Positions 1 to 15,350 of a stretch of DNA of 64,000 nucleotides are shown piece after piece. Within the stretch, counting starts at the first letter, position 1; every line of letters begins with the position of its first letter. Source of the stretch: the human T2T-CHM13v2.0 reference genome, Homo sapiens. The stretch lies in NCBI RefSeq assembly GCF_009914755.1, contig NC_060928.1; one strand, 5' to 3'. Under the pieces are notes generated by a model. It saw only the letters and a list, made by a program, of their open reading frames with translations. It ran no database searches and had not been told where the DNA came from. The position numbers and the translations under genes were made by a program.

Positions 1-835
1 TAAACAGTATATAATACATACTTTGGGTACTTTGATATTTTATGTACTGTATATAATACATACTTTGGGTACTTTTATATTTTATGTACAGTATATAATA
101 TATAGTTTGGGTAATTTGATATTTTATGTACGGTATATACTACATACTTTGGGTACTTTGATATTTTATGTATAGTATATAATACATACTAAGCGCACTT
201 TGATATTTTATGTACAGTATATAATACATACTTTGGTTACTCTGATATTTTATGTACAGTGTATAATACATACTTTGTGTACTTTGATATTTTTTCTATA
301 GTATATAGTTTGAGTACTTTGATATTTTATGTACAGTTTTTTATAAATATTTGGGTGCTTTCATATTTTATGTACAGTATATAATACATACTAAGCGCAC
401 TTTAATATTTTATGTACAGTATATAATACATACTTTGGTTACTCTGATATTTTATGTACAGTGTATAATACATACTTTGGGTACTTTGATATTTTATGTA
501 CAATATATAATACATACGTTGAGGACTTTGATATATTATGTACATTATATAATTCATACTTTGGGTACTTTGATATTTTATGTACAGTATATAATACATA
601 GTTTGTGTACTTTGATATTTTATGTACAGTATATAATACATACTTTGGGTACTTTGATATTTTATATACAGTATATAATACATACTTTGGGTACTTTCAT
701 ATTTTATGTACAGTATATAATATATAGTTTGGGTACTTTGATATTTTATCTACAGCTTATAATACATACTTTGGGTACTTTGATATTTTATGTACACTAT
801 ATAATACATACTTTGGGTAGTTTGATATTTTATGT

Positions 836-1030
836 ACAGTATACAATATATAGTTTGAGTACTTTGATATTTTATGTGCAGTATAAAATATATAGTTTTC
901 GTACTTTGATATTTTATGTACAGTTTATAGTTTGAGTACTTTGATATTTTATGTACAGTTTATTATAAATGTTTGGGTACTTTCATATTTGATGTACAGT
1001 ATATAATACATAATTTGGGCACTTTGATAT
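836..1030 (+). repeat. Representative block-junction cassette of variant monomers (42+42+35+41 bp, then two head monomers), recurring about 70-75 times
   Basis: Seen order: ...TATACAATATATAGTTTGAG / ...TATAAAATATATAGTTTT(G/C)G / 35-bp ...CAGTATATAGTTTGAG (CAGTTTATAG in this copy) / 41-bp ...CAGTTTATTATAAATGTTTGG / GT(A/G)CTTTCAT... / ...TTGGGCACTTTG. Spacings between block starts fit 76+42n, e.g. 351->973=622, 1923->2377=454, 3989->4359=370, 6969->8515=1546. Confidence 0.9.
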
Positions 1031-4000
1031 TTTATGTACAGTATATAATACATACTTTGGGTAGTTTTCTATTTTATGTACAGTATATAATACATACTTT
1101 GTTTACTTTGATATTTAATGTACAGTATATAATACACACTTTGCGTACTTTGATATTTTATGTAAAGCATGTAATACATAATTTGGGCAGTTTGATATTT
1201 TATGTACAGTATGTAATACACACTTTGGGTACTTTGATATTTTATGTACAGTATGTAAAACATACTTTGGGTAGTTTGATATATTATGTACAGTATATAA
1301 TGCATACTTTGGGTACTCTGATATTTTATGTACAGTGTATAATACATACTTTGGGTACTTTGATATTTTATGTACAGTACATAATACATACATTGGGTAC
1401 TTTGATATATTATGTACAGTATATAATACTTACTTGGGGTACTTTGATATTTTATGTACAGTATATAATACATAGTTTGTGTACTTTGATATTTTATGTA
1501 CAGTATATAATACATACTTTGGGTACTTTGATATTTTATGTACAGTATATAATACATACTTTGGGTATCTTGATATTTTATGTACAGTATATAATGCATA
1601 ATTTGGGTACTTTGATATTTTATGTACAGTATATAATGCATACTTTGAGTACTTTGATATTTTATGTACAGTATGTAATACATACTTTGGGTACTTTGAT
1701 ATTTTATGTATAGTATATTATACATACTTTGTGTAGTTTGATATTTTATGTACACTATACAATATATAGTTTGAGTACTTTGATATTTTATGTCCAGTAT
1801 AAAATATATAGTTTTCCTAATTGATATTTTATGTACAGAATATAGTTTGAGTACTTTGATATTTTATGTACAGTATATAGTTTGAGTACTTTGATATTTA
1901 ATGTTCAGTTTATTATAAATGTTTGGGTGCTTTCATATTTTATATACAGTATATAATACATACTTTGGGCACTTTGATATTTTCTGTACAGTATATAATA
2001 CATACTTTGGGTACTTTGATATTTTATGTACGGTATATAATACATACATTGGGTACTTTGATATTTTATGTAAAGTATATAATATATAGTTTGGTTAGTT
2101 TGATATTTTATGTACAGTATATAATATATATTATGTGTACTTTGATATATTATGTACAGTATATAATATATAGTATGGGTTGTTTGATATTTTATGTACA
2201 GTATATAATATATAGTTTGGGTAGTTTGATATTTTTAGTACAGTATGTAATATATAGTTTGTTTTATTTGATATTTTATGTACAGTATACAATATATAGT
2301 ATTGGTACTTTGATATTTCATGTAAAGTATATAGTTTGAGTACTTTGATATTTTATATGCAGTTTATTATAAATGTTTGGGTACCTTCATATTTTATGTA
2401 CAGTATATAATACATACTTTGGGAACTTTTATTTTATGTGCAGTATATAATACATACTTTGGGTACTTTGATATTTCATGTACAGTATATAATACACACT
2501 TTGGGTACTTTGATATTTTATGTACAGTATATAATACATACTTTGGGTACTTTGATATTTCATGCACAGTATACAATATATAGTTTGAGTACTTTGATAT
2601 TTTATGTACTGTATAAAATATATAGTTTTGGTACTTTGATATTTTATGTACAGTATATAGTTTGAGTACTTTGATATTTTATGTACAGTTTGTTATAAAT
2701 GTTTGGGTGCTTTCATATTTTATGTACAGTATATAATACATACTTTGGGCACTTTGATATCTTATGTACAGTATATAATACATACTTTGGGTTCTCTGAT
2801 ATTTTCTGTAGAGTGTATAATACATAATTTGGGTACTTTGATATTTTATGTACAGCATATAATACATACGTTGGGTACTTTGATATATTATGTACAGTAT
2901 ATAATACATACTTTGGGTACTTTGATATTTTAAGTACAGTATATAATCCATAGTTTGTGTACTTTTACATTTTATGTACAGTATATAATACATACTTTGG
3001 GTACTTTTATATTTTATGTACAGTATATAATACATACTTTGGGTACTTTCATGTTTTATGTACAGTATATAATATATAGTTTGGGTACTTTGATATTTTA
3101 TCTACAGCTTATAATACTTACTTTGGGTAATTTGATATTTTATGTACAGTATATAATACATACTTTGGGTAGTTTGATATTTTATGTACAGTATACAATA
3201 TATAGTTTGAGTACTTTGATATTTTATGTGCAGTATAAAATATATAGTGTTGGTATTTTGATGTTTTATGTACAGTATATATTTTGAGTACTTTGATATT
3301 TTGTGTACAGTTTATTATAAATGTTTGGGTACTTTCATATTTGATGTACAGTATACAATACATAATTTGGGCACTTTGATATTTTATGTACAGTATATAA
3401 TACATACTTTGGGTACTTTTATATTTTATGTACAGTATATAATACATACTTTGGGTACTTTGATATTTTATGTACAGTATATAATACATACTTTGGGTAC
3501 TTTGATATTTTATGTACAGTATATAATACATACTTTCGGTACTTTGATATTTTATGAACAGTATATAATATATAGTTTGGGTACTTTGATAATTTATGTA
3601 CAGTGTATAACACATACTTTGGGTACTTTGATATTTTATGTACAGTATATAATACATACCTTGGGTACTTTTATATTTTATGTACAGTATATAATACATA
3701 CTTTGGGTACTTTCATATTTCATGTACAGTTTATAATATATAGTTTGGGTACTTTGGTATATTATGTACTGTATATAATACATACTTTGGGTACTTAGAT
3801 ATTTTATGTACAGTATATAATACATACTTTGGGTACTTTGATATTTTATGTACAGTATACAATATATACTTTGACTATTTTGATATTTTATGTCCAGTAT
3901 AGAATATATAGTTTTGGTAGTTTGATATTTTATGTACAGTATATAGTTTGAGTACATTGATATTTTATGTACACTTTATTATAAATGTTTGGATACTTTC

Positions 4001-6968
4001 ATATTTTATGTACAGTATATAATACATACTTTGGGCACTTTGATATTTTATGTACAGTATACAATACATACTTTGGGTAATTTGATATTTTATGTACAGT
4101 ATATAATACATACATTGGGTACTTTGATATTTTATGTACAGTATATAATATACAGTTAGGGTACTTTGATATTTTATATACAGTATATAATATATATTAT
4201 GTGTACTTTGATATATTATGTACAGTATATAATATATAGTTTGGGTAATTTGATATTTTATGTACAGTATACAATATATAGTATTGGTACTTTGATATTT
4301 CATGTAAAGTATATAGTTTGAGTACTTTGATATTTCATATACAGTTTATTATAAATGTTTGGGTACCTTCATATTTTATGTACAGTATATAATACATACT
4401 TTGGGAACTTTTATTTTATGTGCAGTATATAATACATACTTTGGGTACTTTGATATTTTATGTACAGTATATAATACACACTTTGGGTACTTTGATATTT
4501 TATGTACAGTATATAATACACACTTTGGGGACTTTGATATTTTATGTACAGTATATAATACATACTTTGGGTACTTTGATGTATTATGTACAGTATATAA
4601 TACATACTTTGGGTACTTTGATATTTTATGTACAGTATATAATACATACTTTGGGTACTTTGATATTCTATCTACAGTATATAATACATACTTTGGGTAC
4701 TTTAATATTTTATGTATAGTATATAATACCTACTTTGGGTAATTTGATATTTTGTGGACAGTATATAATACATGCTTTGGGTAAGTTGATATTTTATGTA
4801 CAGTATATAATATATAGTTTGGGTACTTTGATATTTTATATACAGTATATAATACATACTTTGGGTACTTTGATATTTTTTGTACAGTATATAAAACATA
4901 CTTTGGGGAGTTTGATATTTTATGAACAGTATATAATACACATTTTGGGTACTTTGATATTTTATGTACAGTATATAATACATACTTTGGGTACTTTGAT
5001 ATTTTACGTACAGTATATAATACATACGTTGGGTACTTTGATATTTTATGTACAGTATATAATACATACATTGGATACTTCGATATTTTATGTGCAGTAC
5101 CGTATATATAGTTTGGGTATTTTGATATTTTATGTCGAGTATAAAATAAATAGTTTTGTTACTTTGATATTTTATGTACAGGTTATAGTTTGAGTACTTT
5201 GATATTTAATGTTCAGTTTATTATAAATGTTTGGGTGCTTTCATATTTTATATACAGTATATAATACATACTTTGGGCACCTTGATATTTTATGTACAGT
5301 ATATAATACATACTTTGAGTACTTTGATATTTTATGTACGGTATATAATACATACATTGGGTACTTTGATATTTTATGTACAGTATATAATATATAGTTT
5401 GGGTACTTTGATATTTTATATACAGTATATAATATATATTATGTGTACTTTGATATATTCTGTGCAGTATATAATATATAGTTTGGGTTGTTTGATATTT
5501 TATGTACAGTATATAATATATAGTTTGGGTAGTTTGATATTTTAAGTACAGTATGTAATATATAGTTTGTGTTATTTGATATTTTATGTACAGTATACAA
5601 TATATAGTACTGGTACTTTGATATTTCATGTAAAGTATATAGTTTGAGTACTTTGATATTTTATATACAGTTTATTATAAATGTTTGGGTACCTTCATAT
5701 TTTATGTACAGTATATAATACATACTTTGGGAACTTTTATTTTATGTGCAGTATATAATACATACTTTGGGTACTTTGATATTTTATGTACAGTATATAA
5801 TACACACTTTGGGTACTTTGATATTTTATGTACAGTATATAATACACACTTTGGGTAGTTTGATATTTTATGTACAGTATATAATACATACTTTGGGTAC
5901 TTTGATGTATTATGTACAGTATATAATACATACTTTGGGTACTTTGATATTTTATGTACAGTATATAATACATACTTTGGGTACTTTGATATTTTATGTA
6001 CAGTATGTAATACACACTTTGGGTACTTTGATATTTTATGTACAGTATGTAAAACATACTTTGGGTAGTTTGATATATTATGTACAGTATATAATACATA
6101 CTTTGGGTACTCTGATATTTTATGTACAGTGTATAATACATACTTTGGGTACTTTGATATTTTATGTACAGTATATAATACATACATTGGGTACTTTGAT
6201 ATATTATGTACAGTATATAATACTTACTTGGGGTATCTTGATATTTTATGTACAGTATATAATGCATACTTTGGGTACTTTGATATTTTATGTACACTAT
6301 ATAATGCATACTTTGAGTACTTTGATATTTTATGTACAGTATGTAATACATACTTTGGGTACTTTGATATTTTATGTATAGTATATAATACATACTTTGT
6401 GTAGTTTGATATTTTATGTACAGTATACAATATATAGTTTGAGTACTTTGATATTTTATGTCCAGTATAAAATATATAGTTTTCCTAATTGATATTTTAT
6501 GTACAGAATATAGTTTGAGTACTTTGATATTTTATGTACACTTTATTATAAATGTTTGGGTACTTTCATATTTTATGTACAGTATATAATACATACTTTG
6601 GTCTCTTTGATGTTTTATGTACAGTATATAATACATACTTTGGGTTCTTTGATATTTTATGTGCAGAATATAATGCATAGTTTTAGGTAATTTTATATTT
6701 TATGTACAGAATATAATACATACTTTGGGTACTTTGATATTTTATGTACAGTATATAATACATACTTCGTGTACTTTGATATTTTATGTACAGTATATAA
6801 TACATATTATTGGTACTTTGATATTTTATGTACAGTATACAATATATAGTTTGAGTACTTTGATATTTTATGTCCAGTATAAAATACATAGATTTCATAC
6901 TTTGATATTTTATGTACAGAATATAGTTTGAGTACTTTGATATTTTATGTACACTTTATCATAAAAGT

Positions 6969-9100
6969 TTGGGTACTTTCATATTTTACGTACAGTATAT
7001 AATACATACTTTGGGCACTTTGATGTTTTATGTACAGTATATAATACATACTTTGGGTTCTTTGACATGTTATGTACAGCATATAGTACATAATTTGGGG
7101 ACTTTTATATTTTATGTACATTATATAATACATACTTTGGGTACTTTTATATTTTATGTACGGTATATAATACATACTTTGGGTACTTTGATATATTATG
7201 TACAGTATATAATACATACTTTGGGTACTTTGATATATTATGTACAGTATATAATACATACTTAGGGTACTTTGACATTTTATGTACAGTACATAATACA
7301 TACTTTCGGTACTTTGATATTTTATGTACAGTATATAATACATACTTTGGGTACTTTGATATTTTATGTACAGTATATAATACATGTTTTGGGTACTTTT
7401 ACATTTTATGTACAGTACATAATATATAGTTTGGGTACTTTGATATTTTATGTACGGTATATAATACATACTTTGGGTACTTTGATATTTTATGTACAGT
7501 ATATAATACATACTTTGGGTACTTTGATATTTTATGTACAGTATATAATACATACTTTGGGTACTTTGATATTTAATGTACAGTATATAATACACACTTT
7601 GCGTACTTTGATATTTTATGTAAAGTATGTAATACATACTTTGGGTACTTTGATATTTTATGTACAGTATGTAATACACGCTTTGGGTACTTTGATATTT
7701 TATGTAGAGTATGTAAAACATACTTTGGGTAGTTTGTTATTTTATGATCAGTATATAATACATATTTTGGGTACTTTGATATTTTATGTACAGTATATAA
7801 TACATACTTTGGGTACTTTGATATTTTATGTACAGTATATAATGCATAATTTGGGTACTTCAATAGTTTATGCACAGTATATAATACATACTTTGGGTAA
7901 TTTGATATTTTATGTACAGTATATAATGCATACTTTGGGTACTTTGATAGTTTATGTACAGTATACAATACATACTTTGGGTACTTTGATATTTTATGTA
8001 CAGTATATAATATGTAGTTTGGGTACTTTGATATTTTAACTACAGTATATAATACATACTTTGGGTACTTTGATATTTTATCTACAGTATATAATAGATA
8101 CTTTGGGTACTTTGATATATTATGTACAGTATATAATACATAGTTTGGTTACTTTGATATTTTTTGTACAGTATGTAAAACATACTTTGGGGAGTTTGAT
8201 ATTTTATGAACAGTATATAATACACATTTTGGGTACTTTGATATTTTATGTACGGTATATAATACATACTTTGGGTACTTTGATATTTTATGTACAGTAT
8301 ATAATTCATACTTTGGGTACTTTGATATTTTATGTACAGTATATAATACATACATTGGGTACTTCGATATTTTATGTGCAGTACCCTATATATAGTTTGG
8401 GTACTTTGATATTTTATGTCCAGTATAAAATAAATAGTTTTGGTACTTTGATATTTTATGTACAGTATATAGTTTGAGTACTTTGATATTTAATGTTCAG
8501 TTTATTATAAATGTTTGGGTGCTTTCATATTTTATATACAGTATATAATACATACTTTGGGCACTTTGATATTTTCTGTACAGTATATAATACATACTTT
8601 GGGTACTTTGATATTTTATGTACGGTATATAATACATACATTGGGTACTTTGATATTTTATGTAAAGTATATAATATATAGTTTGGTTACTTTGATATTT
8701 TATATAAAGTATATAATATATATTATGTGTACTTTGATATATTATGTACAGTATATAATATATAGTATGGGTTGTTTGATATTTTATGTACAGTATATAA
8801 TATATAGTTTGGGTAGTTTGATATTTTTAGTACAGTATGTAATATATAGTTTGTTTTATTTGATATTTTATGTACAGTATACAATATATAGTATTGGTAC
8901 TTTGATATTTCATGTAAAGTATATAGTTTGAGTACTTTGATATTTTATATGCAGTTTATTATAAATGTTTGGGTACCTTCATATTTTATGTACAGTATAT
9001 AATACATACTTTGGGAACTTTTATTTTATGTGCAGTATATAATACATACTTTGGGTACTTTGATATTTCATGTACAGTATATAATACACACTTTGGGTAC
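6969..9100 (+). repeat. Approximately 2-kb higher-order segment (1546-bp block + 454-bp block), with full copies near 22815, 38750 and 55017 and partial copies near 33430 and 44480
   Basis: Shared private variants occur in the same order: CTTAGGG, CACGCTTT, TGATCA, TCAATAGTTTATGCA, TTTTAACTACAG (absent in the 55017 copy), GTACCCTAT, ATGGGTTG, TTTTTAGTAC. Near-identical ORF translations start at 8515, 24361, 34412, 40226, 45074 and 56437. Confidence 0.85.
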
Positions 9101-10559
9101 TTTGATATTTTATGTACAGTATATAATACACACTTTGGGTAGTTTGATATTTTATGTACAGTATATAATACATACTTTGGGTACTTTGATGTATTATGTA
9201 CAGTATATAATACATACTTTGGGTACTTTGATATTTTATGTACAGTATATAATACATACTTTGGGTACTTTGATATTTTATGTACAGTATGTAATACATA
9301 ATTTGGGTACTTTAATATTTTATGTATAGTATATAATACTTACTTTGGGTACTTTGATATTTTATGGACAGTGTATAATACATACTTTGGGTTCTTTGAT
9401 ATTTTATGTACAGTATATAACATATAGTTTGGGTACATTGATATTTTATATACAGTATATAATACATACTTTGGGTACTTTGATATTTTATGTACAGTAT
9501 ATAATACATACTTTGGGTACTTTGATATTTCATGCACAGTATACAATATATAGTTTGAGTACTTTGATATTTTATGTACTGAATAAAATATATAGTTTTC
9601 GTACTTTGATATTTTATGTACAGTATATAGTTTGAGTACGTTGATATTTTATGAACAGTTTGTTATAAATGTTTGGGTGCTTTCATATTTTATGTACAGT
9701 ATATAATACATACTTTGGGCACTTTGATATCTTATGTACAGTATATAATACATACTTTGGGTTCTCTGATATTTTCTGTACAGTGTATAATACATAATTT
9801 GGGTACTTTGATATTTTATGTACAGCATATAATACATACGTTGGGTACTTTGATATATTATGTACAGTATATAATACATACTTTGGGTACTTTGATATTT
9901 TATGTACAGTATATAATCCATAGTTTGTGTACTTTTATATTTTATGTACAGTATATAATACATACTTTGGGTACTTTGATATTTTATGTACAGTACATAA
10001 TACATACTTTGGGTACTTTCATGTTTTATGTACAGTATATAATATATAGTTTGGGTACTTTGATATTTTATCTACAGCTTATAATATTTACTTTGGGTAA
10101 TTTGATATTTTATGTACAGTATATAATACATACTTTGGGTAGTTTGATATTTTATGTACAGTATACAATATATAGTTTGAGTACTTTGATATTTTATGTG
10201 CAGTATAAAATATATAGTGTTGGTACTTTGATGTTTTATGTACAGTATATATTTTGAGTACTTTGATATTTTGTGTACAGTTTATTATAAATGTTTGGGT
10301 ACTTTCATATTTGATGTACAGTATATAATACATAATTTGGGCACTTTGATATTTTATGTACAGTATATAATACATACTTTGGGTACTTTTATATTTTATG
10401 TACAGTATATAATACATACTCTGGGCACTTTGATATTTAATGTACAGTATATAATACACACTTTGCGTACTTTGATATTTTATGTAACGTATGTAATACA
10501 TACTTTGGGTAGTTTGATATTTTATGTACAGTATGTAATACACACTTTGGGTAATTTGA

Positions 10560-13500
10560 TATTTTATGTACAGTATGTAAAACATACTTTGGGTAGTTTG
10601 ATATATTATGTACAGTATATAATACATACTTTGGGTACTCTGATATTTTATGTACAGTGTATAATACATACTTTGGGTACTTTGATATTTTATGTACAGT
10701 ATATAATACATACATTGGGTACTTTGATATATTATGTACAGTATATAATACTTACTTGGGGTATCTTGATATTTTATGTACAGTATATAATGCATACTTT
10801 GGGTACTTTGATATTTTATGTACAGTATATAATGCATACTTTGAGTACTTTGATATTTTATGTACAGTATGTAATACATACTTTGGGTACTTTGATATTT
10901 TATGTATAGTATATAATACATACTTTGTGTAGTTTGATATTTTATGTACAGTATACAATATATAGTTTGAGTACTTTGATATTTTATGTCCAGTATAAAA
11001 TATATAGTTTTCCTAATTGATATTTTATGTACAGAATATAGTTTGAGTACTTTGATATTTTATGTACACTTTATTATAAATGTTTGGGTACTTTCATATT
11101 TTATGTACAGTATATAATACATACTTTGGTCTCTTTGATGTTTTATGTACAGTATATAATACATACTTTGGGTTCTTTGATATTTTATGTGCAGAATATA
11201 ATGCATAGTTTTAGGTACTTTTATATTTTATGTACAGTATATAATACATACTTTGGGTACTTTGATATTTTATGTACAGTATATAATACATACTTTGGGT
11301 ACTTTGATATTTTATGTACAGTATATAATACATATTATTGGTACTTTGATATTTTATGTACAGTATACAATATATAGTTTGAGTACTTTGATATTTTATG
11401 TCCAGTATAAAATACATAGATTTCATACTTTGATATTTTATGTACAGAATATAGTTTGAGTACTTTGATATTTTATGTACACTTTATCATAAAAGTTTGG
11501 GTACTTTCATATTTTACGTACAGTATTTAATACATACTTTGGGCACTTTGATGTTTTATGTACAGTATATAATACATACTTTGGGTTCTTTGATATGTTA
11601 TGTACAGCATATAGTACATAATTTGGGGACTTTTATATTTTATGTACATTATATAATACATAATTTGGGGACTTTTATATTTTATGTACATTATATTATA
11701 CATACTTTGGGTACTTTTATATTTTATGTACGGTATATAATACACACTTTGGGTACTTTGATATATTATGTACAGTATATAATACATACTTTGGGTACTT
11801 TGATATATTATGTACAGTATATAATACATACTAAGGGTACTTTGACATTTTATGTACAGTACATAATACATACTTTGGGTACTTTGATATTTTATGTACA
11901 GTATATAATGCATACTTTGGATACTATGATATTTTATATACAGTATATAATACATACTTTGGGTACTTTTATATTTTATGTACAGTATATAATATATAGT
12001 TTGGGTACTTTGATATTTTATGTACGGTATATAATACATACTTTGGGTACTTTGATATTTTATGTACAGTATATAATACATACTTTGGGTACTCTGATAT
12101 TTTATGTACAGTATACAATATATAGTTTCAATACTTTGATATTTTATGTACTGTATAAAATATATAGTTTTCGTACTTTGATATTTTATGTACAATATAT
12201 AGTTTGAGTACTTTGATATTTTATGTACAGTTTTTTATAAATGTTTCGGTGCTTTCATATTTTATGTACAGTATATAATACATACAAAGGGCACTTTGAT
12301 ATTTTATGTACAGTATATAATACATACTTTGGGTACTCTGATATTTTATGTACAGTGTATAATACATACTTTGGGTACTTTGATATTTTATGTACAATAT
12401 ATAATACATACGTTGGGAACTTTGTTATATTATGTACAGTATATAATACATACTTTGGGTACTTTGATATTTTATCTACAGTATACAACACATAGTTTGT
12501 GTACTTTGATATTTTAGGTACAGTATATAATACATACTTTGGGTACTTTGATATTTTATGTACAGTATATAATACATACATTGGGTACTTTCATATTTTA
12601 TGTACAGTATATAATATATAGTTTGGTTACTTTGATATTTCATCTACAGCTTATAATACATACTTTGGATACTTTGATACTTTATGTACAGTATATAATA
12701 CATAATTTGGGTACTTTGTTATTTTATGTACAGTATACAATATATAGTTTGAGTACTTTGATATTTTATGTGCAGTATAAAATATATAGTTTTGGTACTT
12801 TCATATTTTATGTACAGTATATAGTTTGAGTACTTTGATATTTTATGTACAGTTTTTTATAAATGTTTGGGTGCTTTCATATTTTATGTACAGTATATAA
12901 TACATACTAAGGGCACTTTGATATTTTATGTACAGTATATAATACATACCTTGGGTACTTTGATATTTTATGTACAGTATATAATACATAGTTTGGGTAT
13001 TTTGATACTTTATGTACAGTATATAATACATACTTTGGGTACTTTGATATTTTATGTACAGTATATAATACATACTTTGGGAACTTTGATATTTTATGTA
13101 CAGTATGTAGAACATACTTTGGGTACTTTGATATTTTATGTACAGGATATAATGCATACTTTGGGTACTTTGATAGTTTATGTACAGTATATAATACATA
13201 CTTTGGGTACTTTGATATTTTATGTATAGTATAAAATATATAGTTTGGGTACTTTGATATTTTATGTACAGTATGTAAAACATACTTTGGGGAGTTTGAT
13301 ATTTTATGTACAGTATGTAAAACATACTTTGGGGAGTTTGATATTTTATGAACAGTATATAATACACATTTTGTGTACTTTGATATTTTATGTAAAGTAT
13401 ATAATACATACTTTGGGTACTTTGATATTTTATGTACAGTATATATTACATACTTTGGGTACTTTGATATTTTATGTACAGTATACAATATATAGTTTGA

Positions 13501-14070
13501 GTACTTTGATATTTTATGTACTGTATAAAATATATAGTTTTGGTACTTTGATATTTTATGTACAGTATATAGTTTGAGTACTTTGATATTTTATGTACAG
13601 TTTGTTATAAATATTTTGGTGCTTTCATATTTTATGTACTGTATATAATACATGCTTTGGGCACTTTGATATTTTATGTACAGTATATAATACATACTTT
13701 GGGTAATCTGATATTTTATGTACAGTGTATAATATATACTTTGGGTACTTTGATATTTTATGTACACTATATAATACATACTATTGGTACTTTGATATTT
13801 TATGTACAGTATACAATATATAGTTTGAGTACTTTGATATTTTATGTCCAGTATAAAATATACAGATTTCGTACTTTGATATTTTATGTACAGAATATAG
13901 TTTGAGTACTTTGATATTTTATGTACACTTTATTATAAAAGTTTGGGTACTTTCATATTTTACGTACAGTATATAATACATACTTTGGGCACTTTGATGT
14001 TTTATGCACAGTATATAATACATACTTTGGGTACTTTTATATTTTATGTACAGTATATAATACATAGTTT
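10560..14070 (+). repeat. Approximately 3.5-kb segment duplicated at about 40985-44450 (offset 30425, then 30383)
   Basis: ORF pairs 11084/41509, 11497/41922 and 12867/43292 share offset 30425; 13245/43628 and 13943/44326 share offset 30383 (one monomer fewer). Both copies share CAGTATTTAAT, GATACTATGAT, ATGTTTCGGTGC and TTTTAGGTACAG. Confidence 0.85.
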
Positions 14071-15350
14071 GGGTACTTTGATATTTAATATACAGTATAT
14101 AATGCACACTTTGCGTACTTTGATATTTTATGTAAAGTATGTAATACATACTTTGGGTAGTTTGATATTTTATGTACAGTATGTAATACACACTTTGGGT
14201 ACTTTGATATTTTATGTACAGTATGTAAAACATACTTTGGGTAGTTTGATATATTATGATCAGTATATAATACACATTTTGGGTACTTTGATATTTTATG
14301 TACAGTGTATAATACATACTTTGGGTACTTTGATATTTTATGTACAGGATATAATGCATACTTTGGGTACTTTGATAGTTTATGTACAGTATATAATACT
14401 TACTTTGGGTACTTTGATATTTTATATATAGTATAAAATATATAGTTTGGGTAGTTTGATACTTTAAGTATAGTATATGATACATATTTTTAGTACTTAG
14501 ATATTTTATCTACAGTGTATAATAAATACTATGGGTACTTTGATATATTATGTACAATAGATAATACATGCTTTGGGTACTTTGATATTTTATGTACAGT
14601 ATATAATACATACTTTGGGTACTTTGATATTTTATGTACAGTATATAATACATACATTGGGTGCTTTCATATTTCATGTACACTATATAATATATAGTTT
14701 GGGTACTTTGGTATATTATGTACTGTATATAATACATACTTTGAGTATTTTGATATTTTATGTACAGTATATAATACATACTTTGGGTACTTTGATATTT
14801 TATGTACAGTATATAATGCATAATTTGGGTACTTCAATAGTTTATGCACAGTATATAATACATACTTTGGGTAATTTGATATTTTATGTACAGTATATAA
14901 TGCATACTTTGGGTACTTTGATAGTTTATGTACAGTATACAATACATACTTTGGGTACTTTGATATTTTATGTACAGTATATAATATGTAGTTTGGGTAC
15001 TTTGATATTTTAACTACAGTATATAATACATACTTTGGGTACTTTGATATTTTATCTACAGTATATAACAGATACTTTGGGTACTTTGATATATTATGTA
15101 CAGTATATACTACATAGTTTGGTTACTTTGATATTTTTTGTACAGTATGTAAAACATACTTTGGGGAGTTTGATATTTTATGAACAGTATATAATACACA
15201 TTTTGGGTACTTTGATATTTTATGTACGGTATATAATACATACTTTGGGTACTTTGATATTTTATGTACAGTATATAATTCATACTTTGGGTACTTTGAT
15301 ATTTTATGTACAGTATATAATACATACTTTGGGTACTTTGATATTTTATG
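13943..15350 (+). repeat. Approximately 1.4-kb segment duplicated at about 18857-20270 (offset 4914)
   Basis: The 162-aa translations at 13943 and 18857 are identical. Pairs 14573/19487 and 15035/19949 share the same offset. Both copies carry the divergent patch GATACTTTAAGTATAGTATATGATACATATTTTTAGTACTTAG. Confidence 0.9.
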
